Shown piece by piece: positions 9,369 to 18,086 of a DNA stretch of 40,315 nt. The stretch is from positions 1-40,315 of IMG/VR virus record IMGVR_UViG_3300044266_000149; one strand, given 5' to 3'. Within the stretch, counting starts at the first letter, position 1. Every line of letters begins with the position of its first letter. A model generated the notes under the pieces. That model did no database searches, was not told where the DNA came from, and saw only the letters and a program-made list of their open reading frames with translations. The position numbers and the translations under genes were made by a program. The stretch comes from a virus. Taxonomy: Duplodnaviria > Caudoviricetes.

Positions 9369-11300
9369 ATGTCTCAAGCAGGATACACCCCACTTCAGCT
9401 ATACTCTAGCTCCACAGCTAGCGCAGTACCATCAGCTGCGAATCTGAAGAATGACGCTCAAGGGTCTGAGCTCGCCATCAACATTACCGATGGTAAGCTC
9501 TACTACAAGGACAATGCAGGTGTAGTCCAGTTGCTGGCGTCTAAAGCCGCTGCAACTCAAACTACAATCAGCTTCGGGTCTATGGGGTTTACCCCTAGTA
9601 CGGCTACGGGCGGGGCGGTCACTGTATCGGGCACGCTGATCCCCGCAAACGGGGGTACAGGCTTCAGCAGCTATACTGTGGGTGATTTGATCTACGCCTC
9701 TGGGGTATCCACCCTTGCTAAGCTCGCCGTCGGTACAAACGGGCAGGTTCTCACTCTGGTGGGCGGGGTACCCGCTTGGGCAGCATCTACTGGCGGTGTA
9801 ACCTCGTTCAGCGCAGGTACTACAGGTTTTACCCCCAACACGTCGACTACTGGAGCCATCACTCTAGCTGGTACTCTTAATCAGGTAAACGGCGGTACAG
9901 GGTTTAGCACGTACACTACCGGTGATCTCTTGTATGCTTCTGCGTCCAATACGCTCAGCAAACTTGCAGCCGGAACTAACGGGTACGTACTCACTATGGC
10001 TGGCGGCGTACCTACATGGGCTGCTGGGGGCGGTGGAGGTGGCGTGACCTCTATCAGCTTTGGCACTACTGGACTTACCCCAAGCACTTCTACTACAGGC
10101 GCGGTGACTGTAGCGGGTACTTTAGCAACCTCAAACGGCGGTACGGGTCTCACCTCTTTCACCTCGGGAGGCGCAGTTTACGCTACGTCTACATCCGCAC
10201 TGACTACAGGTACCTTGCCTGCAACCGCAGGAGGTACAGGGCTTGCTACATACGCAACTGGCGATATCATTTATGCCTCTGCGGCTAACACGCTATCAAA
10301 ACTGACTGCGGGTACAAACGGATATGTTCTTACGTTAGCGGCGGGCGTTCCAACGTGGGCCGCAGCTGCGGGCGGGCTTACCGGCTTCACGGCTGCGCTC
10401 AATACGTCAGGTACAAACTCATCGGTCAACGTGAGTTCGTTGACAGCGAGTGGAGGCACGACTTCTCAAGGTCTAGCTTTGATTCCGAAAGGATCTGGCG
10501 GTTTCATTTCTGGCGCGATTCCAGATGGGACAGCTACAGGCGGCGACACTCGCGGGGGTTATTCTGTAGATCTTCAACTCAGTAGATCTGCTACAAACCA
10601 AGTGGTCAGCGGCTCGTACAGCTTTATGGGTGCGGGTTACGCTAACATCAACGGCGGTAACTACGCAGGTATCGTTGGCGGGTTATCGATCGCTTCGTAC
10701 GGCAACTACAACGGCGCCATCGGCGGGCAATCCAACACCCTCAACGCTGACTACCTAGTATCGCTCGGCGGTCTAGCTGGCTCACTCACGGGTTCAGTTT
10801 CTACGCTGTTGAACGGCTATTACGTTACTGACCGAGGAGTTCGCGGCTCTATAGTCGCAGGTACGATGTATGCGTTTGGGGGCGTTACAAACGGCGTGCT
10901 CCAAACTCATCGCGTTCTCTTAGCTACCCAGACTACAAGTGCTGCAGGTTCCATAGCCACTTCAGACGGGGCGGTGGCTTCTTCTAATAACCAGTTGATC
11001 CTAGGGAACAATACCGCCGTTTACATCAAAGGCCGCGTAATTGCTGGAGTTACCGGAGGCGGTAATACGAAGGCGTGGACTTTTGAAGGTGCCTTGAAGC
11101 GAGGCGCAAACGCAGCGGCGACATCTATCGTCGGAACAATCGCCACTAACGTAATCGCAGCTGATGCAGGGGCCTCTACATGGACTATCGCTATTACAGC
11201 TGACACTACCAATGGCGGTGTTACAGTGACAGTCACGGGTCAAGCCGCAACGACTATTCGTTGGGCCGCCGAAATCCAAGCTACTGAGATCGGGTACTAA
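9369..11300 (+). CDS. Tail fibre protein
   Basis: N-terminal ELAINITDGKLYYKD attachment-like motif; three ~80-aa Gly/Thr repeats; C-terminal half paralogous to the next two genes. Confidence 0.8.
   Translation: MSQAGYTPLQLYSSSTASAVPSAANLKNDAQGSELAINITDGKLYYKDNAGVVQLLASKAAATQTTISFGSMGFTPSTATGGAVTVSGTLIPANGGTGFSSYTVGDLIYASGVSTLAKLAVGTNGQVLTLVGGVPAWAASTGGVTSFSAGTTGFTPNTSTTGAITLAGTLNQVNGGTGFSTYTTGDLLYASASNTLSKLAAGTNGYVLTMAGGVPTWAAGGGGGGVTSISFGTTGLTPSTSTTGAVTVAGTLATSNGGTGLTSFTSGGAVYATSTSALTTGTLPATAGGTGLATYATGDIIYASAANTLSKLTAGTNGYVLTLAAGVPTWAAAAGGLTGFTAALNTSGTNSSVNVSSLTASGGTTSQGLALIPKGSGGFISGAIPDGTATGGDTRGGYSVDLQLSRSATNQVVSGSYSFMGAGYANINGGNYAGIVGGLSIASYGNYNGAIGGQSNTLNADYLVSLGGLAGSLTGSVSTLLNGYYVTDRGVRGSIVAGTMYAFGGVTNGVLQTHRVLLATQTTSAAGSIATSDGAVASSNNQLILGNNTAVYIKGRVIAGVTGGGNTKAWTFEGALKRGANAAATSIVGTIATNVIAADAGASTWTIAITADTTNGGVTVTVTGQAATTIRWAAEIQATEIGY
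9566..10375 (+). repeat. Three tandem ~80-aa coding repeats in tail fibre shaft
   Basis: Unit: (S/F)..G.TP.T.T.GA(V/I)T..GTL...NGGTG...Y..GD..YAS....L.KL..GTNG.VLT..GGVP.WAA. Confidence 0.8.
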
Positions 11301-11301
11301 G

Positions 11302-12381
11302 ATGGCGATTCAATTTGACAACTCCAACGGCGGCTCTCTCACGCTGAAAAACCCTTCGTCTGGGTCATATAACATAGTATGGCCCGCATCCAACGGATCT
11401 TCTGGGTATTTTTTACAGACTGATGGAGCCGGCACCCTGAGTTGGGCCGTAGCTTCCGGAGGCGTGACTGGGTTTACTTCGGCTCTGAACACTACAGGTA
11501 CGAACGCTACGATCAATGTCAGCTCTTTGACGGCGAGTGGAGGTTCTACCAATCAGCACGCAGCTATGGTACCGAAGGGTACCGGAGGTATTCTTGGATC
11601 TATACCAGATGGTACAGCTACAGGGGGTAACGCTCGAGGGAACTACTCTGTAGATCTCCAGTTATCCAGATTGAATGCTAGCGAAGTTGCGTCCGGTAAT
11701 TACAGCACTGTACTCGGAGGGCAATACAATACTGCATCTGGAGATTACTCCGCAGTCGTTAACGGGATGAGTAACCAAGCTACTGCAACTTACTCAGCCG
11801 TGCTGAACGGAACTAGTAATGCAGCATGGGGTAACTACTCAGTCGTCTTAGGCGGGTCTAGTAATATCTCCCAAGGACTATACAGTACGAACCTAGGGGG
11901 TAGGAACGGCACCGATCGCTCTGGTAACAATAGCCTAATCTTTGGATCTGCAGGCGGGGGTAGCGGTACATGGGGTTCGTACCAGATGGGTATTTATGTC
12001 CTAGGGGCTAACACAACCGACGCCACGGCTACTGTAATGGTCGTTGATGCTAGTGCTGCTGGGCAGTTTAATCAAGTGACTATGGCGGCCAACACTGCGT
12101 ACTACTTCCAGATGCGCGTCTGCGCTGGAGTCACAGGAGCAGCCAACACTAAGAGTTGGACTGTTACAGGTTTGATCACTAGAGGAGCAACCGTCGGTAC
12201 CACCGCTTTTATCGGTACTCCAACTGTAACTTCAGATTTTGCTTCTGCGGGGGCTTCTGCTTGGACTCTAGCTGTTACTGCTGACACTACAAACGGTTGC
12301 GTAAAAACTACGGTTACAGGAGCAGCCGCTACTACTATCCGCTGGACAGGGGTAGTTTACACTTCTCAAGTAGGGTACTGA
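11302..12381 (+). CDS. Short tail fibre/receptor-binding paralogue 2
   Basis: MAIQFDNSN start; 15-aa beta-roll-like repeats (ASGNYSTVLGGQYNT/ASGDYSAVVNGMSNQ); C-terminal ADTTNG...TIRW....QVGY shared with both neighbours. Confidence 0.78.
   Translation: MAIQFDNSNGGSLTLKNPSSGSYNIVWPASNGSSGYFLQTDGAGTLSWAVASGGVTGFTSALNTTGTNATINVSSLTASGGSTNQHAAMVPKGTGGILGSIPDGTATGGNARGNYSVDLQLSRLNASEVASGNYSTVLGGQYNTASGDYSAVVNGMSNQATATYSAVLNGTSNAAWGNYSVVLGGSSNISQGLYSTNLGGRNGTDRSGNNSLIFGSAGGGSGTWGSYQMGIYVLGANTTDATATVMVVDASAAGQFNQVTMAANTAYYFQMRVCAGVTGAANTKSWTVTGLITRGATVGTTAFIGTPTVTSDFASAGASAWTLAVTADTTNGCVKTTVTGAAATTIRWTGVVYTSQVGY
11413..11447 (+). repeat. 35-bp perfect direct repeat, copy 1 (copy 2 at 12494-12528)
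   Basis: TTACAGACTGATGGAGCCGGCACCCTGAGTTGGGC read in both paralogues. Confidence 0.9.
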
Positions 12382-12382
12382 T

Positions 12383-13450
12383 ATGGCTATCCAATTTGAC
12401 AACTCTAATGCGGGTACTCTGACGATTAAATCTCCAACTTCTGGAGCGTACAATATCGTCTGGCCGGCATCTAACGGCAGCAGCGGGCAGTTCTTACAGA
12501 CTGATGGAGCCGGCACCCTGAGTTGGGCAAGTATTGGTGGAGCTACAGGTTTTACCGCAGCATTAAATACTACCGGTACAAACGCTACTACGAACGTAAG
12601 CTCTTTAACCGCCAGCGGGGGGAGCACAAACCAGCATTTTACGTTTTCTCCAAAAGCTACTGGGGGGATCATCGGGTCTATACCAGACGGAAGTTTTGGA
12701 GGTAACACTAGAGGTACGAACGCTGTAGATCTTCAGCTATCTAGAAGTGCTTTCAACTATATCGCTTCAGGAGCTTACGCTGGACTCTTCGCTGGGCTCA
12801 ATAACTCTGCCGCTGGCGGTTATGGGGCGTGCGTCGGGGGGCAAACTAATGCTGCTAGCTCAACATATACTTCAGTGCTAGGGGGTACCAATAACGTAGG
12901 AGGTAATCAGTATTCTGCGGTAGTAGGTGGGGACAACCAATTAAATCTAGGTGTTTGGTCTTCTCTCTTAGGAGGAAGTTACACATATGATCGTGGAGCT
13001 TGGATGTCTTTTGTTTTCGGCAACCGAGTGTCTAGCGGTAGCTACGGGTTGCACCAGTTCCAAGTATATGTTCTAGGGGCTAATACCGCTGACGCTACAG
13101 CGACCGTTATGGTTAGCGACGGAAATCCGGCAGGAGGCGCAAACCAAATCGTGATGAACGATAATACGGTGGTATACTGTACTATCAGAGTTCTCGGGTA
13201 TGTTAGCGGAGGTAATGCTAAGAGCTGGAACGTCACGGTCGTAGGTCAACGAGGGTCTGGAGCTGCAACAACTTCTGTTGTCGGATCGCCTACAGTTACT
13301 TCTGATTTTGCGTCTGCTGGCGCCTCAACGTGGGGGTTAGCAGTAGCAGCAGATACTACAAACGGATGTTTGAAGTTAACGGCTACGGGGCAAGCTGCAA
13401 CCGCTATTCGTTGGACAGCTGTTGCGTACACGACTCAGGTTGGGTTCTAA
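12383..13450 (+). CDS. Short tail fibre/receptor-binding paralogue 3
   Basis: Colinear paralogue of 11302..12381 over its whole length. Confidence 0.78.
   Translation: MAIQFDNSNAGTLTIKSPTSGAYNIVWPASNGSSGQFLQTDGAGTLSWASIGGATGFTAALNTTGTNATTNVSSLTASGGSTNQHFTFSPKATGGIIGSIPDGSFGGNTRGTNAVDLQLSRSAFNYIASGAYAGLFAGLNNSAAGGYGACVGGQTNAASSTYTSVLGGTNNVGGNQYSAVVGGDNQLNLGVWSSLLGGSYTYDRGAWMSFVFGNRVSSGSYGLHQFQVYVLGANTADATATVMVSDGNPAGGANQIVMNDNTVVYCTIRVLGYVSGGNAKSWNVTVVGQRGSGAATTSVVGSPTVTSDFASAGASTWGLAVAADTTNGCLKLTATGQAATAIRWTAVAYTTQVGF
12494..12528 (+). repeat. 35-bp perfect direct repeat, copy 2
   Basis: Identical to 11413-11447. Confidence 0.9.
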
Positions 13451-13489
13451 GTAGCTATAATTTAAGACCTTCAAATCTAAGGACGCTCG

Positions 13490-13687
13490 ATGAATGCCCC
13501 AAAGACAGTAACAATTTCCGTGGACACCGCCAACGCAATCGTAGGCTACCTAGGAAAAAAGCCTTTCGAAGAAGTTTTTCAATTGATCAACCGCTTCGAA
13601 ACCGAAGTGCGCGCAAGTCTTGCACCTGCCGCACCTATTCCCCCTGAAACCCCTCCCTCAACCCCTGATGAAGGACAACAATCATGA
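13490..13687 (+). CDS. Small hypothetical protein (possible fibre assembly chaperone)
   Basis: SD AAGGA; ANAIVGYLGKKPFEEVFQLI motif; directly after the fibre genes. Confidence 0.6.
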   Translation: MNAPKTVTISVDTANAIVGYLGKKPFEEVFQLINRFETEVRASLAPAAPIPPETPPSTPDEGQQS

Positions 13688-13890
13688 CTGACGAAGTTCA
13701 AACTCCCGCAGAAGCTACAGAAGCTGAGCAAGCTCCCGTGAAAGCTGCAAAGGGCAAAGCCGCCCCCAAAGCCGAAGCAAAGGCCGCCGCCGTTGAGGTG
13801 GATCCAGCTTCTGAAGAGCATCCTGAGCACCCCTACCACAGCCAACGTGAGCTCCCCCCTGAGTCTCGCGTGTGGCCTCCTCAAGGCTGA
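13684..13890 (+). CDS. Small Ala/Glu/Pro-rich hypothetical protein
   Basis: ATGA overlap with the upstream gene; SD AAGGA. Confidence 0.55.
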   Translation: MTDEVQTPAEATEAEQAPVKAAKGKAAPKAEAKAAAVEVDPASEEHPEHPYHSQRELPPESRVWPPQG

Positions 13891-13892
13891 TC

Positions 13893-14090
13893 ATGGCAGA
13901 CGACGTTGAACTGAAACTCGCCGTTCACGAGGCGATATGCGCTGAGCGCTACAAGGGCATCAGTGATCGTTTAGAGAACGGCAAGGAGCGTATGCAACGT
14001 ATAGAGATAGTTCTATACGTCTTGATCGTTGCTGTGCTTCTCGGTCCTGGCGTCGCTGCCGAAGTCTTGAAACACCTAGTCGGTATGTGA
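13893..14090 (+). CDS. Small coiled-coil plus C-terminal TM protein (holin/XhlA-like)
   Basis: Start reassigned to ATG 13893; HEAICAERY motif followed by hydrophobic IVLYVLIVAVLLGPG. Confidence 0.6.
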   Translation: MADDVELKLAVHEAICAERYKGISDRLENGKERMQRIEIVLYVLIVAVLLGPGVAAEVLKHLVGM

Positions 14091-14094
14091 CGAT

Positions 14095-14871
14095 GTGGGT
14101 CCAGAGTTCTACCTTGCCTTCCAGACTGCGAAGCTCGCGCTATCGGGTATCCGATCGTGTGTGGAGCTGCTCAACGAAGGTAAGGGAGAACTTAAAGCGG
14201 TCACTTCAGAGATCAAGCAAGGCGTCGAGAGCGCAAAAGCGATCTACACCGAAGTCACTGGTTTCTGGGCTTGGCTCAAGAAGCTCTTTGATGGATTCTC
14301 TGACAAACCACGTTCAGATGTTCCTACAGTCGCATCAACAACTGCTACAGCAGCTACAGCAACTGTCGAACAAAAACAGGGCAAGGCCGCCCCAAAACCT
14401 GCAGACGAAGGGTTAAGTGAAGACGATGTAGTTGAAAGTTTTCTCACCCACTTCACCAATTTTATTGAGGCCCAGACTGTAATCCTCGATACAATTGCTG
14501 AAGAACGTGAGCGCATCTTGAATGTTTGGAATCCCAAGCAGAACAACAAGAAAGTCGCCATAGAACTTATCCGCCACGAACGCCGTATTAATGACATGGC
14601 GTTAGAGCTCAGCGAGCTGATGGCCGGAGCACCAAAGAAACTCGGCTCTGTACGAGAGCAGTTCCAAGAGAAGTTCAATGTTGTGCAGGAAGCGCAACGA
14701 AAAGCCCGAGACAAGCAACGTGCCAAGGAGGCCAAAGAACGCGCGACTATAAGTGCGAGGCGAAATGATCGTATAGACCGAAGTATGACAATCTTCTGGA
14801 CCTGCATCATCGTCTTGTACTTTTGGATGTTCATTGGGATGCTATGGGTAAATCTGAGTCTAATGCTATGA
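14095..14871 (+). CDS. Membrane-anchored coiled-coil protein in lysis region
   Basis: 258 aa, helical; C-terminal TM (IFWTCIIVLYFWMFIGMLWV); GTG start. Confidence 0.6.
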   Translation: MGPEFYLAFQTAKLALSGIRSCVELLNEGKGELKAVTSEIKQGVESAKAIYTEVTGFWAWLKKLFDGFSDKPRSDVPTVASTTATAATATVEQKQGKAAPKPADEGLSEDDVVESFLTHFTNFIEAQTVILDTIAEERERILNVWNPKQNNKKVAIELIRHERRINDMALELSELMAGAPKKLGSVREQFQEKFNVVQEAQRKARDKQRAKEAKERATISARRNDRIDRSMTIFWTCIIVLYFWMFIGMLWVNLSLML

Positions 14872-15059
14872 TCATATTTCACGGCGTCGTTCTCGGTATT
14901 TTGCTCGTCGTCATCGCGTTTTTCTTGTTCAAGTTGATGGTAGTAAACAAGAAGCTTGATTTGAGCACGGAAGCGAACCACAAAGCCGTGATTCTCTTAC
15001 GTGATGAGCGTGAGAAAACGGAGAAGTTGTTGAAACAGCTGAAGGAGAAGGAAGAATGA
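14868..15059 (+). CDS. N-terminal TM plus coiled-coil protein (i-spanin-like)
   Basis: Start reassigned to the ATGA overlap at 14868; MIIFHGVVLGILLVVIAFFLF then a charged coil; overlaps a lipoprotein gene. Confidence 0.5.
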   Translation: MIIFHGVVLGILLVVIAFFLFKLMVVNKKLDLSTEANHKAVILLRDEREKTEKLLKQLKEKEE

Positions 15060-15238
15060 AACCTTTGATCGTTGTCGCTTTGACTAGCGTGTTACTACTA
15101 GTCGGATGCGAAGATCGTTTTCGCTACCCTTGCCAAGACCCTAAAAACTGGGAGAAGGCCGAGTGTAAGCCCCCTATCTGCAATGCTACTGGCACTTGCA
15201 CCGAAATGTTAATCAAACCTGAGGAGACCTCAAAATGA
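15056..15238 (+). CDS. Small Cys-rich lipoprotein (o-spanin-like)
   Basis: Signal peptide with lipobox LVGC; CEDRFRYPCQDP.NW...CKPPIC...GTC. Confidence 0.65.
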   Translation: MKPLIVVALTSVLLLVGCEDRFRYPCQDPKNWEKAECKPPICNATGTCTEMLIKPEETSK

Positions 15239-15576
15239 AAGAACTCATTCTCAAGTGGATGGATCGCCCTCCCACACCTCGATTGACTGCCGATGAGTTA
15301 GAGGCTCGTCTGAAGTTTTTTGCGGGCGTGACCCTCATCGTTGTCTTTGGCGCCAGCATGCTCACCGTAGTTTACAGCTTGGTCTGGACTACGCAACCTA
15401 TGAACGGCATCGCCCCTGCAGACAAGCAGTTCTTCAAGTTGCTCGAGACGATGACAACTTTCCTTGCTGGTTCTATCTCTACCTTGGTTACTACCAAGAT
15501 CGCTGAGAAAGCGGCCCCGTACATTTCCGAATTCATGTCAACTCCCAAGGAGAAAAAAGATGAGCCTACTCAGTGA
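15235..15576 (+). CDS. Two-TM membrane protein (holin candidate)
   Basis: Two hydrophobic segments and a charged C-terminus; upstream of the endolysin. Confidence 0.55.
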   Translation: MKELILKWMDRPPTPRLTADELEARLKFFAGVTLIVVFGASMLTVVYSLVWTTQPMNGIAPADKQFFKLLETMTTFLAGSISTLVTTKIAEKAAPYISEFMSTPKEKKDEPTQ

Positions 15577-15724
15577 CGTAGCGAAAGTAGTCGGTACCGC
15601 AGTTGGAGGCCCAGTCGTGGGTATTCTCGCTGAGAAACTGGAAGAATCGCTAGAAGAAAAGATTGACGAGCAAGCGAAAGCTGAAGAAACCAAACCTGAG
15701 GAGAAAAAAGATGAATCTGTCTGA
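15560..15724 (+). CDS. Small hypothetical protein
   Basis: Start reassigned to ATG 15560 with SD AAGGAG; MSLLSDVAKVVGTAVGGPVVG followed by an acidic tail. Confidence 0.55.
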   Translation: MSLLSDVAKVVGTAVGGPVVGILAEKLEESLEEKIDEQAKAEETKPEEKKDESV

Positions 15725-16172
15725 ACATTTCACGCTTGAAGAAGCGACATTTTCACAAACCGCTGTTGATAAGCATATCCCGAACCAGCCTGATGAGCGT
15801 CAGTTGGAGAACATGAAGAAAGCCGCTGAGGGCATGGAGAAGGTGCGAGCTCTACTTGGCAAGCCGATCCACGTAAACTCATGGCTTCGGTTACCCGCCG
15901 TGAACGTCGCGGTTGGCGGCTCTGAGAAATCTTCTCACATGGACGGCTGGGCTATTGATTTTCGATGTGACGGCTTCGGTGACCCCCTCGCTATCGCGAA
16001 GGCCATCGCAGCGTCTGATATCAAATTCGATCAAATGATCCATGAGTTTGCGCGTTGGGTTCATATCAGCTTCGCTCCTGAGATGCGTCAGCAGAAGTTG
16101 ACCATCTTCAAACCTGAAAACAAATACAAGCCAGGACTCTTGTCCGAGGCTGAGTATCACGCTCAGGCTTGA
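15711..16172 (+). CDS. Endolysin, peptidase M15A family
   Basis: Start ATG 15711 (SD GAGGAG); MNLSEHFTLEE, S.LR...N.AVGG...SSHMDGWAID and WVHIS Zn-peptidase motifs. Confidence 0.9.
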   Translation: MNLSEHFTLEEATFSQTAVDKHIPNQPDERQLENMKKAAEGMEKVRALLGKPIHVNSWLRLPAVNVAVGGSEKSSHMDGWAIDFRCDGFGDPLAIAKAIAASDIKFDQMIHEFARWVHISFAPEMRQQKLTIFKPENKYKPGLLSEAEYHAQA

Positions 16173-16177
16173 TGCGC

Positions 16178-16183
16178 TATAAT
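16178..16183 (+). promoter_or_regulatory. Putative -10 box (GCTATAATT)
   Basis: Consensus TATAAT in the short intergenic gap; the same GCTATAATT occurs at 13454-13462; no good -35. Confidence 0.4.
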
Positions 16184-16209
16184 TAGCGGACTGAATTAAG
16201 GAGCGACTG

Positions 16210-16845
16210 ATGACAACCGCAGCCGTAATGACCTATGACTCGCTGGTGGAAGACGTACAGTCGTACCTAGAGCGTAGTGACGCCGCGACTCTCGCGAAAA
16301 TCCCTACCTTTATCATGCTAGCTGAGCAGATTATTGCTGCTGAGCTCAAGTTTCTAGGTAACCTGACAGTCGCTCAAAGCAACTTTACCACGGGGCAGCC
16401 CGTCATAGACAAACCAGCTCGCTGGCGTAAGACGGTATCGATGAACGTAGTTGTAGCGGGGCAACGTGTTCCCGTTCTGCTACGTAAATACGAATATCTT
16501 CGCGAGTACTGGCCTGATGCTACAAAGACGGACATCCCCGCCTTTTACGCTGACTACGACTACACGCATTGGCTTGTAGCCCCAACACCTTCTTCAGCTA
16601 TGGAGTTTGAGGTCACTTACTATGAGCGTCCTCAACCCCTAGACTCTACGAACCAATCTAATTGGTTTACTCAGTATGCTCCACAGGCTCTTCTGTATGG
16701 GACGTTGCTACAAGCGATGCCTTTCTTGAAGAACGACGGGCGTATCCAGATGTGGCAACAACAATACGCAGCGATCATGGCCGTACTCAAAGAAGAGGAC
16801 GTAGCCCGCATCGCTGATCGTCAAGCTATCGCGGTGGATTCATGA
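16210..16845 (+). CDS. Head-tail adaptor/tail tubular protein A-like
   Basis: TYDSLVEDVQSYLER...IPTFIMLAE...APTP...YY.RP..L...NW....AP.ALLYGTL..A.PFLKND pattern. Confidence 0.75.
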   Translation: MTTAAVMTYDSLVEDVQSYLERSDAATLAKIPTFIMLAEQIIAAELKFLGNLTVAQSNFTTGQPVIDKPARWRKTVSMNVVVAGQRVPVLLRKYEYLREYWPDATKTDIPAFYADYDYTHWLVAPTPSSAMEFEVTYYERPQPLDSTNQSNWFTQYAPQALLYGTLLQAMPFLKNDGRIQMWQQQYAAIMAVLKEEDVARIADRQAIAVDS

Positions 16846-18086
16846 CCTCATTCAACTCTCCTTTCACCGGAAACGTCATCCAACCGACCGATGTCGCTTT
16901 CCGCTCCATTACCCTCAGCGCGAACACTACGCTGAGTTGGCCAATCAACGGCAACGCAACCAACGACTATGCGGCTCGAATCATGGAGGTTACGGCCACC
17001 ACGACGAGTTTGTCGTTGCTCATGCCTCCAGCAAACCAAGCATCGGTAGGTCAAGATGCGTTGATCCGAAACAAAGGATCAAACACATTCACCGTAAAAG
17101 ACTATGCAGGTAACACGATCATCGCTATCCCCGCAGGTAGCAGCTACTACATCTACATCACGGCCAACCCAGACACCGCAGGAACATGGGGTATTATTGC
17201 CTACGGCATCGGCTCTTCTGGAGCTGACGCAGCGACACTGGCTGGCTATGGTCTCATGGCCATCAGTTCAACGCTGAATCAATCGCAGAACGTAGACACT
17301 TTCTCAGCGTCTTTTACTGTAGGCTCTACCAAACGAGCTTCAGTTCAGGTGTTCACGGGCGGTACTCAGACGATTACTTTGGCTGCGTCTAGCACTTTGG
17401 CCAACAATTTTTTCTTCTCGCTGCGTAACTCTGGCACGGGAGCGCTCACTGTAAACACTACAGGGGGTGATCTGATCAACGGCGCGTCAACGGTCTCTCT
17501 GCAACCAGGAGACTCTTGTATCATCGTCTGTTCTGGTACAACGTTCTACACCGTAGGACTCGGTAAATCTACACAGTTCAACTTCACAATCTTGACGAAG
17601 GCGGTGACCTCTGGCACCTACACGCTCACCAGCGCCGAAGCCTCAAACGTCATCATGAAGTTTACAGGCACTTTGACCGGTAACGTGACTGTAGTCGTAC
17701 CGGCTACGGTGCAGGTGTACTATGTGCAGAACTCTACAAGCGGCGGCGGGTCAGGTTACACCGTAACGATCTCTACGGGGGTATCGGGCGGGGCCACCGC
17801 GACTATCTCCGCGAACAACCAAGCTACCCTCATCTGTGACTCTGTCAACGTAGTGAACGCCAACACCGTGCTGGCGGGCCTGACTACGGTTAGTATGGGT
17901 AACGGCTCTGTCGGTTCACCATCGTTGTATTTCAGCTCTGAAACTTCTACCGGTGTTTACCGTAGCGCCGCAGGGCACTTTGATATCTCCATCTTAGGTA
18001 CGAACCTATTCTCGCTGACGTCTACAGGCTTGACTATCAGCGGTACAGGTACGTTCACAGGGGGAGTTGGCGGGGGTACGTTCTAA
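16842..18086 (+). CDS. Tail-associated structural protein (fibre/baseplate-like)
   Basis: T/S/G-rich 414 aa; FTGTLTGNVTVVVP..VQVYYVQNST and GSVGSPSLYF....TGVY motifs typical of tail proteins. Confidence 0.65.
   Translation: MTSFNSPFTGNVIQPTDVAFRSITLSANTTLSWPINGNATNDYAARIMEVTATTTSLSLLMPPANQASVGQDALIRNKGSNTFTVKDYAGNTIIAIPAGSSYYIYITANPDTAGTWGIIAYGIGSSGADAATLAGYGLMAISSTLNQSQNVDTFSASFTVGSTKRASVQVFTGGTQTITLAASSTLANNFFFSLRNSGTGALTVNTTGGDLINGASTVSLQPGDSCIIVCSGTTFYTVGLGKSTQFNFTILTKAVTSGTYTLTSAEASNVIMKFTGTLTGNVTVVVPATVQVYYVQNSTSGGGSGYTVTISTGVSGGATATISANNQATLICDSVNVVNANTVLAGLTTVSMGNGSVGSPSLYFSSETSTGVYRSAAGHFDISILGTNLFSLTSTGLTISGTGTFTGGVGGGTF

Noticed and set aside
9369-13450. Diversity-generating retroelement acting on the fibre genes
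   Set aside because: No reverse transcriptase in the window. The paralogues are full ORFs differing at all four bases, not an adenine-specific TR/VR pair.
13750-14400. Similar GKAAPK-coding stretches at ~13750 and ~14378
   Set aside because: Short, imperfect and within Ala/Lys/Pro-rich linkers; likely chance.
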